Assembly (NCBI GenBank): GCA_905178155.1
Contig: CAJINV010000001.1
Location: 9,941,865-10,005,864, forward strand
DNA: 64,000 nt
Reading direction: 5' to 3'
Source: Amoebophrya sp. A120
Taxonomy: Eukaryota > Protista > Dinoflagellata
How positions within the stretch are numbered: the first letter of the stretch is position 1; every line of letters begins with the position of its first letter. Under the pieces are notes generated by a model. That model searched no databases, was not told the DNA's origin, and saw nothing but the letters and a program-made list of their open reading frames with translations. The translations under genes and the position numbers were made by a program. Shown here piece after piece: positions 50,862 to 63,802 of the stretch.

Positions 50862-51779
50862 AGCAGCAGGTTTGCGGGCGAATGGAACGATCGCGAAATG
50901 GCCGAGATTACGAAATATAAATACCGAAGGTACAGCCGAATTGCGTACGATACTTTGTCGAGAAATTTGAATCTAACCATTATCCTTTTTTCGTGTGTGA
51001 GTAACCAACTAGTAACCATCAGATTTTTTGTAAGAACGAATTGCATGCAGTTTCGCCTTTCAAAAGGGCGGCAGAAACTGTGGCGTTGCTTTTTCTTGAA
51101 TGAATTTCTCCAAGAGAAGTAGACTGCATGAAGGAAATCAATCAATGTACTGCGACATCGCCAACTCTTGTATGTAAAGCCAGTGGTAGCTTATTTCTAC
51201 CGCATGATAATGCACCTGTATACCATGCTGCATAGAAACAGAAAAAGACAAGCACGATATTTTGATAAAACACATACCTGCACAGGAGCATTCGCTCATG
51301 CCAGAAGGACTTTGAAAGTTTCACTTTTGCGACCTCGGTTCGCGGACTTGCTGCACCCAATTTCGGCTTCGTCCACTCAATTGACTTATTTTCGCTTCAG
51401 CCAGAGGCACACTTTTCGGCTTGCACCCAGAAATGTTTTTTTCGGTTTCTGTCACCAATGCATCGTTCAGGTAAGTACCACCGTAACAATCTCGGTCATT
51501 CGTCCCGGTTACGTCACGCGTTCGTTGAAAAAATCCGTCGTGCTTTTCAGTCAGTTGTCCTGTTCGCAGACACGCATCGTCCTCTTTAGTCGTTGTGAAT
51601 CCAGTGCAAATATCTTCGTTCTATCGTTTTTCTACCAGGTAGATCTGTATTCCCTTCCCCCGAAGTAGGACTAGCACAAGAGTACCCCTCTACGCTGGTC
51701 AGCTTCAATTTTAGCACACAATAACTTCAATGTTGTGTTTTTAGGAATTTAAAGTCAGAGAACTCTAACTAAGACTACC

Positions 51780-53747
51780 ATGTCGACGCACCGTTATCAG
51801 AAGACTTTTGCGAGCCGCCTCGAGACCTCTACTACCTCGGGCGGCGGCGATAGCTGTAGCTCATCCAACTCGGATGGCGAGAACGACGAGAATTGTGCTT
51901 TCGTGGATCAACATGCCGCTTCCAGCCCGCGCTTCCTAGAGGACGACCAGCTCGATGTCATTTCGCAGGGGGCGAACGGCTACAGCACCGATCAGTCGGT
52001 GCTCAGTACGCAGTCCTCCCCCATTGTCCGCCTGGGACAGGGGGTCCGGGTGTGGCGCCACCAGTCCGGCGCAGATAGTGGCACCCCAGGGCCGTGGTCC
52101 GCGCGGAGGCTGAAAACGGGCGTCAGCGATGGAGAAGCGATCATACGGCGAAGGTAAAAATATTGGTGCTCACGAAATTTTAGTACCCTTTTCGGCATAC
52201 TGATGCTCCAGAATGTGACAGAGTGAAGCTAAGTCTCCTCCTCCTGCCACGAGTATTAGCAGGTAGATGTGCGCATAGAAAAAGTCGCCCTATTCCTGTT
52301 AAGAGTGGAAAAGTGGCCCTATTCCTGTGATAAAAGATTGGCATAGAAACGTTCCAATCCCCTCCACAGGCATAGCAACTCCCGAAGCCGCAGTCGGTCC
52401 CCGAGCCTGAGAAAAAACGGTTTTTCCGCCTTCACGGACCGCGTGAAGGGCTACGCCGAGTTTCACCGACTTCTCGCGACTCGCGGAAAGCTGCCGTTCA
52501 TTCGGCCAAACGATTTCACCGTCGGAGACGCGCTGCTCGGGACCAACAAGGCGAGCGCGCTGGAGACGAGCAGGTCCATTTCGAAATTGTACGACGAGAG
52601 CGATAATTCCCAAGCGGGCCACAGCAGCGACGACAGCGACCGCTCGACGACGTTGAACACCATCAAGTCCTCGAAGTGGTCGACGGACCAACTGGAAGAT
52701 CTGCGCCACGCGTTCCGGACCTACCTCCCCGCCTACATGGTCTACGGCCCGTGGACCGCGGCGTCCATCGTCTGTCTAACGTTGTTCACCTTCACGGTGG
52801 CCTTCTCCGGGTTTTGGATTCTCCGGCACCCGGAGTGGCTCGGCGGGTTTATGGGCGAAGGGGTGTTACTAAGGCCGGAGGAACTGTCCAAGCAGGACTT
52901 GCTCAAGTTCTACAGCGACACAGGAGCGAGTGACATGATGAAACAGCACGGCCTGGCCTCGTGGCAAATCCACAACCCGATCTCCGTGTTGTTAATTCGG
53001 CTCCTTTTCACCGCGGCGTCCTGGTTTGTGCTCATCTGGGCTTTGAAGGACACGCTGTGGGCGATCACGATGTACACGATGTGGAGCTGGACGTTCATGA
53101 CGATCCGGTGGACGTTGGGTCTGTTTCTCTCCCTTCTCGTTCTCTTCGGCGACTGCACGCGGTCCACGTCGAAAGTGTACTACGGGTTGGAGTCCGTTTA
53201 CGAAGTGCTCCGGTTCGTGTCCATCATGCAAAACGGGACGACCTGGGTGGTTGCGACCTTCGTCTTGATCCCGTTTTTCTACATTGTTTTGAGGATGTCT
53301 GACAAACCGCAGCTCGCGTCCGAGTGGTTAAAGGTGAATTTCTCCGCGTACAATCTGGTACTGCACTTCCTGAACTTCCTTCCCTTCGCTACGTTCGAGC
53401 ACGTGTTTATCAACCCGCGGCGGTTCAACGCGGTGGACATGTGGCTGGGCATGCTGTTCGGCTTTGTGTACCACGTGTTTTACCTCTTCGTCCTGGACCG
53501 CAACGGGCTGCACTTCTACCCGTTTCTGAACCCGCGCACCAACGTGGCCTACACGGTGGGGGTGGTCGGGATCATCCTGCTGGGCTACGTGTGGCTGGTT
53601 CTGGGGAACGCGATCGCGGGCGCGGCGCTGGGGGTCGAGGACGCGCAGAAGGGGAACCCGAACGTACACAAACTGGTCGAGGGCATCAAGGATTTCTCGA
53701 CCAAAACGGTGGCCACGGTCGGGTCGAAAATTCTCAAAGTCAGTTAA
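51780..53747 (+). CDS. Multipass membrane protein, possibly FAR-17a/AIG1/rolling-stone-like
   Basis: Intron 52154-52369 joins the two ORFs in frame. About 7-8 hydrophobic segments with YTMWSW, LHFLN and FYPFLNP motifs. The family call is tentative. Confidence 0.7.
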
Positions 53748-54629
53748 GTTATGTTTTACTAAGTAGGTCAAGCTTGACACTTTTGTAGTTTCAGGTTGTA
53801 AAAGCTAGCTCATCACGCAAGTTGTTATCTCATCTGGTTCACAAAATTCGAGAAAAGGAACCGGATAATCCAGTTCATTTACTCAGTGTGAGTGTCGTAG
53901 CCTCTGAAGTTTCAGTTTTCATCATATAAGCTTTCATATCAGTTGTAGAGCATTAGAAGCAAACGAAACGAGTAGCCCGCTGCGTCTAGCGGTTTTTCGC
54001 GACGGCGGCTTCCTGCATTCAAGTAGCGCACAGGAACAGACGCAGATACTCCTTCGTCGTATATTTGGTAACGAGAGGCAGCGTGAAATTCATATTCAAC
54101 AAGAACAATTCTGGTATTGAAGGAGGGGAGGTGACCGCGGCTCGGTTTGGCGAAATGCAATCCTTGTCACGATCGTTGTTCTGTTTCATCCAGAAGAGCG
54201 TGGGTCTTGTTTGTGTGCGAGTGTGGAGTTTTGGTCGTGGTACCTTTTTGTGGCTGTGTGAGTGACAATTGGGAAAAGTCAAACTCTGTACGCAGGACTC
54301 GGCCTTCCAAAACCGGATCTTGGGTCCTTGTCCACGAGTGCTTGCGTTTGTGAGACTCCAAACAGGTTGCAATCACCTGCAATGGAGCCTTCCGCCTCTT
54401 CCGTTTCTGCCGATAGGAGGCACAGCTGCTGTCCCCTTGGCTGTCTTTGCGACGTCAGTCTCAGTGACGAAGCCGTGCGTGATTTGCTGGGCTTGGTTTG
54501 CGTCTCAAAAACAAGTATTCAATTGTCTTTAGAAAGAGTTTTGCAAGACAAGATCTCAAAGTGGATTGCGTCCTCAGAAATTTATTTTTTGAACTGCCAT
54601 CTCTTAACGTTATCTAGAAAAGCAAAACC

Positions 54630-55507
54630 ATGTCCTCGGACGAAGACACAAATACGGCGTGCTCTTCCCAATATAGCGATCTTTCGTCCAGCAACGAAGG
54701 AACGCAAGGGCGCTCGAGCTCCTCGCGGTCAAGTTCCGACTTGAATCATTTGGAAACATTAACGCGCCAAATTGTGCAGACGGCCGAATATAATTCGACA
54801 CGAGTCTGCGTCAGCGTATTCTTATTCTTAAGGGGCTTCGTGCCTTTTGATGTAAATGGTTTCCGTTCATGAAGTGTATTCATTCCACTGGGTGCAGCTT
54901 TGAGATACTTGCAGGCATAACGATCAGCAGCGTCAGCTTGTCGCGCGTATTGGTCTGTCTGCAAAATTCCTCACCAGGTAGAGACGAGCTTCTGGGGCCT
55001 GCCAAGAAGGGACGAGCGTAATGCGATGTACTTACGAATCGACGGCGTTAGAAGTTATTGGGACGACAAGCGAAGTCAGTTTTGTTTCTGGTTTTATTCA
55101 TGCGGTAGTAACAGTTTTGAGGACGTCGTCGGCTATACCGTCGACGTGCTGGACTCTGCGTTTGTGCAGGCAGGCGTGAGTGCGAGCATCAGAAGGATTG
55201 GAGCTTACAGGTGGGATTGGTGGAGTACGCGCCACCCCGTGTACTACGACAACGAGGACTTCTGTCAGACGCCCGGAGACGTGGAAGAGGAACTGGAGCG
55301 GGAGAAGGGTGCCGAGATTTCCTCTGTGCTGCTTTGTCACGTTGTTGCTTGCGATTTTGCGTCAAAGATTTTGCATCTTTAGATGGGCGAAAAAGCGACA
55401 AAAAGAACCAACTCAACACAGCGTTCCGGGACTCGTGGGATGAGGTGATCGAAGCTGCTCACGATGGGGACGTGATAACGTTGGAGGTGGAGCTGGTTCC
55501 GTCCTGA
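54630..55507 (+). CDS. Small hypothetical protein (three exons)
   Basis: ORFs 54630-, 55026- and 55211- can be joined in frame via GT-AG introns (~54804-54978, ~55309-55382). Confidence 0.5.
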
Positions 55508-57155
55508 GGGCCGCGACGCTGCCACGGTATGGACTTGTTGCGTGTGCATATTTTGAATCTTCATGCAGGCACTTTGTTTTGAGAAGTTTTTGCGAGCCGC
55601 TTTTAGTGCGCTGCAGTATCTATGAGATCATGGGAATTGGGAAGATGAACTCTCCTTGCATTTTCACAGGCACTTAGAAGTTGACTCTGTCTCTGTGCAA
55701 TACGCCGCGCAGGATAGATCATCATGACAATTATGATGATACGGACTGAGCCCGTCACCGGAAAAATGTTGACGATGGTCAGATCGATGCCCCACGGGCA
55801 GATCGTGGCGACCCATTGACGAGCAGACATGGAGCATCATGTCGCGACGGCCCATTGACGAGCAGACTGGTGCCCCCACGAGCTGCGAGCACAGAGGCCA
55901 GGCCGTCCGCGGCAGTTGCCCCGAAGTCTTCAGGATGAAAGTGCGCAGGCGGTGGAGGAGAGGGCGGGAGCGGTGCAGTTCGGTAAGGATTTCGTGGCAT
56001 GTTGTTCAGCGTTGATTCGCGTCCGCATGTCCAACGTCGGGGCGCGTTCCTTCAATGCTAGTCGTATCGTTCGCAATTTCGGCTCTTCAGGTACTGGCCG
56101 GCTCTCCGTGTTCCACGCGTTCCCGTGCCGCATCCTGCAAGCGTCAAAGTGCCCGATTCCGCATGGAGCAAGCAAGGAAATGCACGCACTCCATCAAGGC
56201 ACTAAGCTGTCGCATGGAAGAGATAATGACAGGAAGCAAATGCACTTTTATTCACTCCGAGGCACAAAGTTGCCACATGAAGGAGCTAGATAATTCATCG
56301 CAGCACGTCTTGTCGTTGCTTTTCTGGCGTGCCAGTACTGACACATGCTGCCGTGTGGCGTTTGCCTTCGCTATGAAATAGGAATAGTATGTTCGGAGCT
56401 GTAGCTGTTTTCTCGGAACCGCATGACCTTCGGAGTGCGGAAGCATCCGACTCTCTCTCGAAGGAGTCGCCAAGATTGAGTTGTATCATCAAATGAGAGC
56501 CCTGTCGAATATGTACTGTCCTGAGAGTGAGTATAGCGAAACCTGCTGAGTCGAGGAGCGAGCGAGTGCTTTTTGTGGTGAGCGAAACACGATCGTGCGA
56601 AGAGAGCACCGGCTACATGAGATGAATCGCAAATCTTAAAAAGAGCAATCTGAGTTGTGCTAGACGCTTCAAATCGGGACCTTTTTTTCGCAGGACCTCT
56701 ACACCATACTTATTTTCGAAAGCTTATCGCAACAAGAATGCATGAGCCCCTTTGGTTTTGATACAGCGGTTATCTATCATGGCTGCATTTCGATCGTCCC
56801 CTTTGCCAAAGCCACGAGCATGCGCGGGGCAGTCCTAGGTGGAGCAAAGACGTCCTCACTTCAGCTGCATCCTACGCCGAGGTGACGGCCGCCTGGAGTT
56901 TCGATGAATGCGACGAATACATTACCACGCGGATGAGTCATGTGGAACCTTCTGTTTCGAATAGTGGATTTTGCAGGTTTGCAGCACGACCCGCCCTGAG
57001 GACGGTGGCAGGGATCATTGATCTTCTAGTCTGAGAGCAAGTCATCGTGAGCGAGAGGCAAAACCAACGTTGGAGAGCCTACGTGGGGCCGTGTGAAGAC
57101 AAGGCCAAACCTACCTCGCTCCACGGCCCGAAGCATCCATTTCTTCTAGCCCGGC

Positions 57156-57632
57156 ATGTTCAACGACTTCAGCCCCGGGGAGACCCAGCACGGGCGGCAT
57201 GACGGCGCCGCCTTGGAGGATGCGCCGCGGAGGGGCAGCAAGCAGAAGATGGGGGCGTCCGAGAACGTCACCGGGCGGCAGGACGCCCCGGCAGACCCCG
57301 CTGTCGCCGGCGGGAAGAAAAAGGGCAAGGACCCGTCCAAGATGTCCTCCAAGGAGCGGGTCCGCCAGGCGCTGAACACCAAAGCCGACTCCACGACGAT
57401 CATCATCGGCCGGAACTACATCACGGAGGCGGACGCGGTGTTGCCCTACGGCACGAAGAAAGTCCAGTCGCGCGTCACGCCCAAGTACCCGCAGTTGGGC
57501 GCGAAAGAAAAAACGATCCTCGACCCGGCCAAGGGTGTGCAGCCGGGACTGAAAGCCGCGGACCAGCCCGGTGCACCGACAAGCGTGGAAAACCTGATCG
57601 CACAGGGACGGCACATGGACAAACCGGTATAG
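57156..57632 (+). CDS. Hypothetical hydrophilic protein (158 aa)
   Basis: ATG-initiated ORF with strong G/C third-position bias like neighbouring genes. Confidence 0.65.
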   Translation: MFNDFSPGETQHGRHDGAALEDAPRRGSKQKMGASENVTGRQDAPADPAVAGGKKKGKDPSKMSSKERVRQALNTKADSTTIIIGRNYITEADAVLPYGTKKVQSRVTPKYPQLGAKEKTILDPAKGVQPGLKAADQPGAPTSVENLIAQGRHMDKPV

Positions 57633-57807
57633 CTGCAGCAGCTCTGCTTTGGAATGCAAATTTGCTCTGGAAATTTTCGAGAATTGTCCTTTTGCAAAGG
57701 ATGCAAAATTTTCAAATTGAACTATATCACAGGTACAACCTTTCTACGAGCTGGCACCAGCGGAACAGTCGAAGATTCGGCTAAACACGACCATTTATCG
57801 TATTTTC

Positions 57808-60800
57808 ATGTGCATCGGCGTCAGTTTCGCTGCAGGCTGCTGCGGCGGGGTGTGGTACTACCTGAAGTTCAAGGTACTGTTTAGGCTGATTCTTCTTTGG
57901 TTTTCTTTGGCACCAGGAGCGTCTGAAGATAAAATAGTACCTATTCCCGGTTTTTTTTTCGGAGCTTTGAGTCGCAGAGTGAGCAGAGAGATTTCAGCTG
58001 CATCGCGGATTCGTTTATTTGATCAGGAAGAAGAGGAGGAAGAGAGTGTAATCGAGGCCATTGTCGAGGCTTCAGAGCCTCCTGGTACCACTGCGCCAAT
58101 AGAAGAGGAAGTTGTGACGATGGCAACCACTTCCCCACCCGGCAGTCCTTCTACGACTACTCTTCCGCCGGGTGCACGGCTCCTGAGAGAGATTCAATCG
58201 TCGCAAGAGGGAACAAGAAGTTCAAGATTTCGAGGAGAGAAACCTGCTTCGTACGAAAGAAGTGGCACAGAAGAACCCAGCAGACTTCAAGAAGCCACCG
58301 TGGCGGCTTCAAATGCCGAGTCAAGTCATTCTCCCGTTGCATCTACTTCGGCTGCAAGTGTTCTTGTCTCTCCGGACGGGGCACCGGGCTATACTGAAGG
58401 AGAAGGTGATGTTGGAAAAAGAAAAACAAATCTGAATAAAGGGCGCCGGGGACGAAGAAGAGGATCCTTTCGAGCCGTACGAAGACCTGATTGAAGAGCA
58501 GGAGGATGAAGTGGTCGCGACCACCACGACGACAACCACCACCCTGTTCGCGCCCACCATTTGCGTCGGGAAATACTGCTTCAGTACTTCTCTTTTATGT
58601 CACTTCGAGCCGTGCCTGTAGCCTGGGATTGCAAGATTTGGATGTACCCATGGACATTTAAAGATAGGATTCCCCGCAATGCTGAATTGTCTGCCTGTGT
58701 TTTTGCTTTCAGACTTTTTCGATCGTGACAAAAAATGGATAATCACCCTAGGTTCTCTGTCCTGCGAGCAGTTCGACACGAACATTTTGCAGCAGGTGTC
58801 CGACCACTTAACGCAGTCCTACTATCCGCTGGTAACAACGATAAACTCGATGACGGACTGCGTCAATGCCACTATTTACGGCGTGCCGGACCAAGGTACG
58901 AAAGACATTAATCTCATCGAAATTCATGCTCAACGACTGTTGCGTAAGATATCGATCGCGAGGATCAATGACATGCTTGATGTACTACCTACCACTTGAA
59001 TTTTCATCATCTTGCCAACATTTATTTCACAGCCGAGGCCGCAGTGTGTGGGAACCCAGCGTTTGGTTGCAACGCGATCCAGCTCATCCCAGCAAAGTTG
59101 TTTCCCTTCCTGATGGGCCAGGCAGCCAAAGCCCGCGACATTCCCTGTGGGTGCGAGCTGTGCAAGTGGCCCCTGAGTTACATCACGTCGGAACAGGGCG
59201 TGCAGTTCTGCGGGGAATCCAACGCACGAGCGTATGTGGAGGGCGATCCTTGCGGCTCCGTTTGCGGGCTCACATGGCGTATTTGAGGATTTTTGCCTGC
59301 TGTGTCGGTGTACACAAGACCACATATTGCAATGCCTATTCCTTGGAAGATTTTTGAGACGCATACAATATTTTTCACCCTTTGCCTAGGCAAGACATTG
59401 GTTATTTGATCTGAAATGTTATTTAATGTTCCAACTCTAAATGACAGCGGAAATGACGACGGGCAACATCACGGATACCAGTACCACCACTACTACCACG
59501 ACCAGCACGACGTCCACCACCACGACAATCGATACGACGATTTGCATCGGCCCCGACTACCGCCCTAACGACAACCACTGCCCGGAGTGCACGACGTATC
59601 ACAGCCGCATTGTGGGCGCCATGGCCAACTCCCTGCAGGCGACCAGCAGTGATTTGGTAAACTGCGTCAAGCGCACGTACGAGGGACTGCCGCAGCTGGC
59701 GACGCTCGGCTTCGGGCGCAGCTGCAGTTCCCAGCGCCTGTGCTTCGCCTTCGAGGTGATGGTTTTCGAATTCGCGAAGTCCGCCGATCCCTTGCGCGGA
59801 ATGGTCAGCAACGAAAAATGCGCCTGCGAATTGTGCAAGTGGCCACGAGACTGGTAGTGTTTGCTCTTCCAGTTTGATGTGTCGAGGGTTCGGCAAGTGA
59901 AGGTGACGTAGATTGATACTAAGTTTTTTTGTTAAGAAGTACAACTTACGTTTGGAGTAAAGATAATCCGACATCAAAAAACAGGCTTTCCTATGGTCCG
60001 GGGCGCAATTGCTTGAACGCCCAAAATATCGTCGAGGGCAAGTGGTGCGGGCCGTATTGCAACGGAACCTACCCGATAACCTACACCGGTGATACTTCCA
60101 CTTGGACGGGTCTCACCCCGGTGGAAGTCAGTAGCTACAACCCCGCCACTGATGGTGCGAACGGCACGAATGGAACAAACGGAACTAACAGCACGCTGCG
60201 TGTGCTGTCCGAGGGGGACGGTTTGCAGATCGGAAATGACCATCACGACGCGCACGAGGACGAGGGTAGTACGATTGAGGGGCAGGCTTCGTCTAGTTCT
60301 AGCAGGAGGCCGCGTGATGGTCTCACGTACAATGTTGAGCAGAAGAAAATCACAGGAGACAGTCCTTCTTCGTCTTCTACGTCAAATGGCGTTGAGGGTG
60401 ATGCAGCGTCACGGGATGTCACGAATCAGAATTCATGGCTCTCGAACGCCTGGAAGCGGTTCGCACGCTGGATGTCGCCGGGCGTGTTTCTCGCTACGCC
60501 GACGTCGCAGCACCCTCGAGGAGTGATAGAGCCATTAACTGCCGGAACAACTGGAGTCGTCATCAAGCTGCTTCCTGTTGGCAGCACGAAAGACCACGTG
60601 GAGCAGAAGAGCAGGATACCAATAGGAGAGCTGGAAGTTGTTCGTCTTTCCCCTTCAGATCCTAACTTCGACGGCCCACCGGACCAAGCCTCGGAGCATT
60701 CTCCAGACACAACATCCAACGCTCTAGTCGTGCCGCCACAAGGTTTCCTGCTAGACAGCACGTCGGGTCTTTTCGCTGCAGACGTGGACGAACATCGGCA

Positions 60801-62097
60801 CAGCGACGCGTCTGCGATGTGTCACCTGGTCGCACACGAAGTCGGGGGCTACGGTAGTAGTTCTCCGTGGAGCAATCCGCTACGACCGACTGCGCAGGAT
60901 GCGGAGTCTCCGAGTTCCCCGTCGCCAAAAAGTTCTTCAGAAGCGCTGGACACGACCTGGTCCGAGATTGGGGAACGACAGGCGAAGCTGCACGGCTTGC
61001 GGTCAGTGTTTACCAGGCGGGTCCGGGTGGAGTACGAAAAGAAAACGGGAACAGAGCAGCTACTCGTGGATTACGCGGGCCAATGGAGCGAAAGTCCGAC
61101 GAGTGCGGGTCGTGACAAAGCAGGCGCGGGTGCTAGTAGTGCAACACCTGCGGGGGGACGAGGAGTAGTTTCCTCATCGTCAACGCCAACTGCAGAAAAA
61201 ACGATCGCGGCACGCTCGTCGAAGCTCTCTTCGCTTCCTGCGGTGTTCAGTAGCCAAGGAGAAAGTAGAGATAAAAACCTCGACCGTCTTTCGATAGGCG
61301 CAGACAGCAGAAGCCTCGGGCTCGGGTCAGACGCGCAGAAATCTGCGGTGGATCACAAAACTTCTACGTCACGACCGTCAGTCGACGAGAAACTCGACCA
61401 GCAGAAAAATCCGCCGCAGAAAACAGGTTCCTTCCACTACACGTTTTCGCAAGATGGCGAGTTCGGCGTCGAAGCTACTGCGCAGAACGGCAACGACGAA
61501 ACTGACGATGTCAACATTTACTGGTGGGAGGGGCCTGGGGAGATGAAAGAGATACCTGTTTCCAGCCAGGAAGTCCTCGAATCGATGAAGGGGTTATGGA
61601 AGCAGAACAACCCTCGGGCGGTCTTTTCCCTCGCAACTCTAGTACAGCGCCTGCGCGCGATACAAGAGAGAAAACGGGATGAGGCGCTGGAACAGAAACG
61701 GATAAAAGAGCTGCTAGCCACGGTTTCTACTTCGAAGTCGGACAGAGCAGAGCAACACCAACAGCCCCAGGATAGTAGCGTAGCAACAGTGCTGTCGGCA
61801 ACGAGTACAGTAGCTCCCGGTGCTCCTCCTCCCGATAGCAAGGAGTCCGCGAAAAATCTTGCAGCACCGAGGGTGCCAGCGCAGAGTCGACGTCCGCAGA
61901 ATCCTAGAGAACGCGTTCCAAGTGACAACAAGGTTGATAGGACTCGAAGAATACGAAAAGAAGCGACGCCTCCTCCGCCGGGGCGTACGAACAGAGTACC
62001 GGAGCCAAGTCCGAGCTCCCTTTCGACCGGCAGTAGCGGCATGCAGCCCGGTTTCGCCACGAATTCTTTCGAGAATTGGAAAAACCGGGGGAGATAG
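57808..62097 (+). CDS. Multi-exon extracellular protein with two homologous Cys-rich domains and Thr-rich linkers
   Basis: Two modules TTTT..TICxG...DxVNC/TDCVN...CxCELCKWP...C...VEGxxCGxxC, linked by plausible GT-AG introns. Long Ser-rich C-terminal exon 59985-62097. The 5' exon junction near 58410-58440 is uncertain. Confidence 0.65.
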
Positions 62098-63057
62098 CAG
62101 TGTTTGCGTGGTGTCATCAACCAGCCCTACTCATGGGTTTGAAACAAATGAACCGACTTGTATCTCTTTAGCTACCTTCTTTTGTTTGCGAAAAGACTTT
62201 TGGAAGTTTTACTACCCCGTTGTAACAAAGCAATCTTGAACTTGGCTTAGCATCTTGAAAACTAATTACTTTGCAATCTAGATATCGCAGAACTTTGGAT
62301 AAACTCCATCAGGTCAACGTCAACGTTAAGAATTCGGAATAAACTTTTCATTAGCAGCTGCAAGCATGTTGCATTCGCTGAGTGATTGATTAACCCATTG
62401 CTGAAGAACTCTTTTTGCAGACTCCAACGCACCCAGCTTTTTTTCAAAATAGGCACGACAATTCACTCCGTTCGAGTCTCGACCGCAAGGCAAGGATAGG
62501 AAACGCTGAACCCTATAAAAATAGCTCTCTGTTCGCTCTCCTGTGCATCATCTCATGAACTTTTTCAGAATAGTAGCTTACTTCGTGTTGGCGGATCGTC
62601 GCATCGTCGTTGAAGTCGAATAGCGGTTCGTTACAAAGTCCGTATGCAAAAATATCGTTGCACTGTCGTGGACTGGGTCGTCATTTCGTATCACGTCATC
62701 GTCATCAATCTTGATACAACTCAATCGGTCTGATCTTGTCTTAGAAAATCTTGTTCATGCATATCGTTCGTTGTAGCCTATTTTTCCTGTTCTAGTAGAA
62801 GATGAAGAAAAGCAAAAGATAAATCATCTACTGTGCCATTTGTCATCCCGTGTCTTGTAGTGCTTGTTTTTTTTTAGCAACAGTGAGTAAGTTAACATTC
62901 CAATGAGTGGGCATCTCTAGTAGCCAAAAAAATTCAAGACTTTTGCAAGGTGCTTGAGGCTACCGTGCCTTGAGCACAGCCTTTCTATGGCAACAACGTG
63001 ACAAGGTAGTTCACACTATTACTGGTACTATCCGTACTACTAACTATCAGAAAGAAA

Positions 63058-63801
63058 ATGGTAAACACGATTTCGGTTGCGGCCGCCGAATCGGCTGCGG
63101 ACGCTGGTGCTCCCGTTCTTACTAGTTCCCAGCGAGGTCCGGCGCGCCGGTCGCCGTCGACGCTGCACTTTCTGCGCAATATGTTTGACGAGGAAGAGGA
63201 GGTGATCCAGAAGCCGATCGTGATCAACCCAGTGTGCCGGGTGCTGCCCCCGCCGGACTACTCGCGTTTCGAGTTCTTGGCGCTGCCGAACCAGAAGGCT
63301 CGTTTGCCCATTTTCCCCCCGAAGCACCGCGAGCTGCCGTTGTCCTTTTTTCGCAACGTTTTCGCGGTTTTGTCGCTTCGTTTCGGGGACCGCAAGACCG
63401 GCGAGATTGCCGCGTCCCTCTTCGAGCGCGCGATGCGTCGCATTTGCCGCATCATCGGCGATCCGAAGCGCAAGATCGACACGGCGCGGTACGTATCAAA
63501 TGCAAAAATGTCTGGGTCTGGAAGAATGCTGCAAGTTTGTCATGCTTGTCTCACATGACTCTCGAATTTGTCATGCACATTACCCAAGATCCCCATTTTT
63601 CTGTCATGCAGAAACGCAGTTTGTAATGCAGAGTAGGCAACACCTAGAAGCTCAGAAACTTGTCGTGCTGAGCCAGCACTTGTGGCCTCCTCATGATACG
63701 CCAGCCAGCATCACAAGTTTCCAGACCCAGACACTTTTGCATTTGATAGTACGACGTCGATGGTTCCGGCGCGGTGGGCTGGTGGGAGTTTGTGTCCTGC
63801 T
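63058..63801 (+). CDS. EF-hand-containing protein, 5' part (continues beyond window)
   Basis: Exon 63058-63492 spliced to 63750-63801 gives IDTARY|YDVDGSGAVGWWEFVSC, with a canonical 12-residue EF loop DVDGSGAVGWWE. Confidence 0.75.
63494..63748. mobile_element. MITE-like introner (255 bp)
   Basis: 30-bp TIRs matching 29/30 (tatcaaatgcaaaa[a/g]tgtctgggtctggaa), 5-bp TSD GTACG at 63489-63493 and 63749-63753. Confidence 0.92.
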
Positions 63802-63802
63802 G

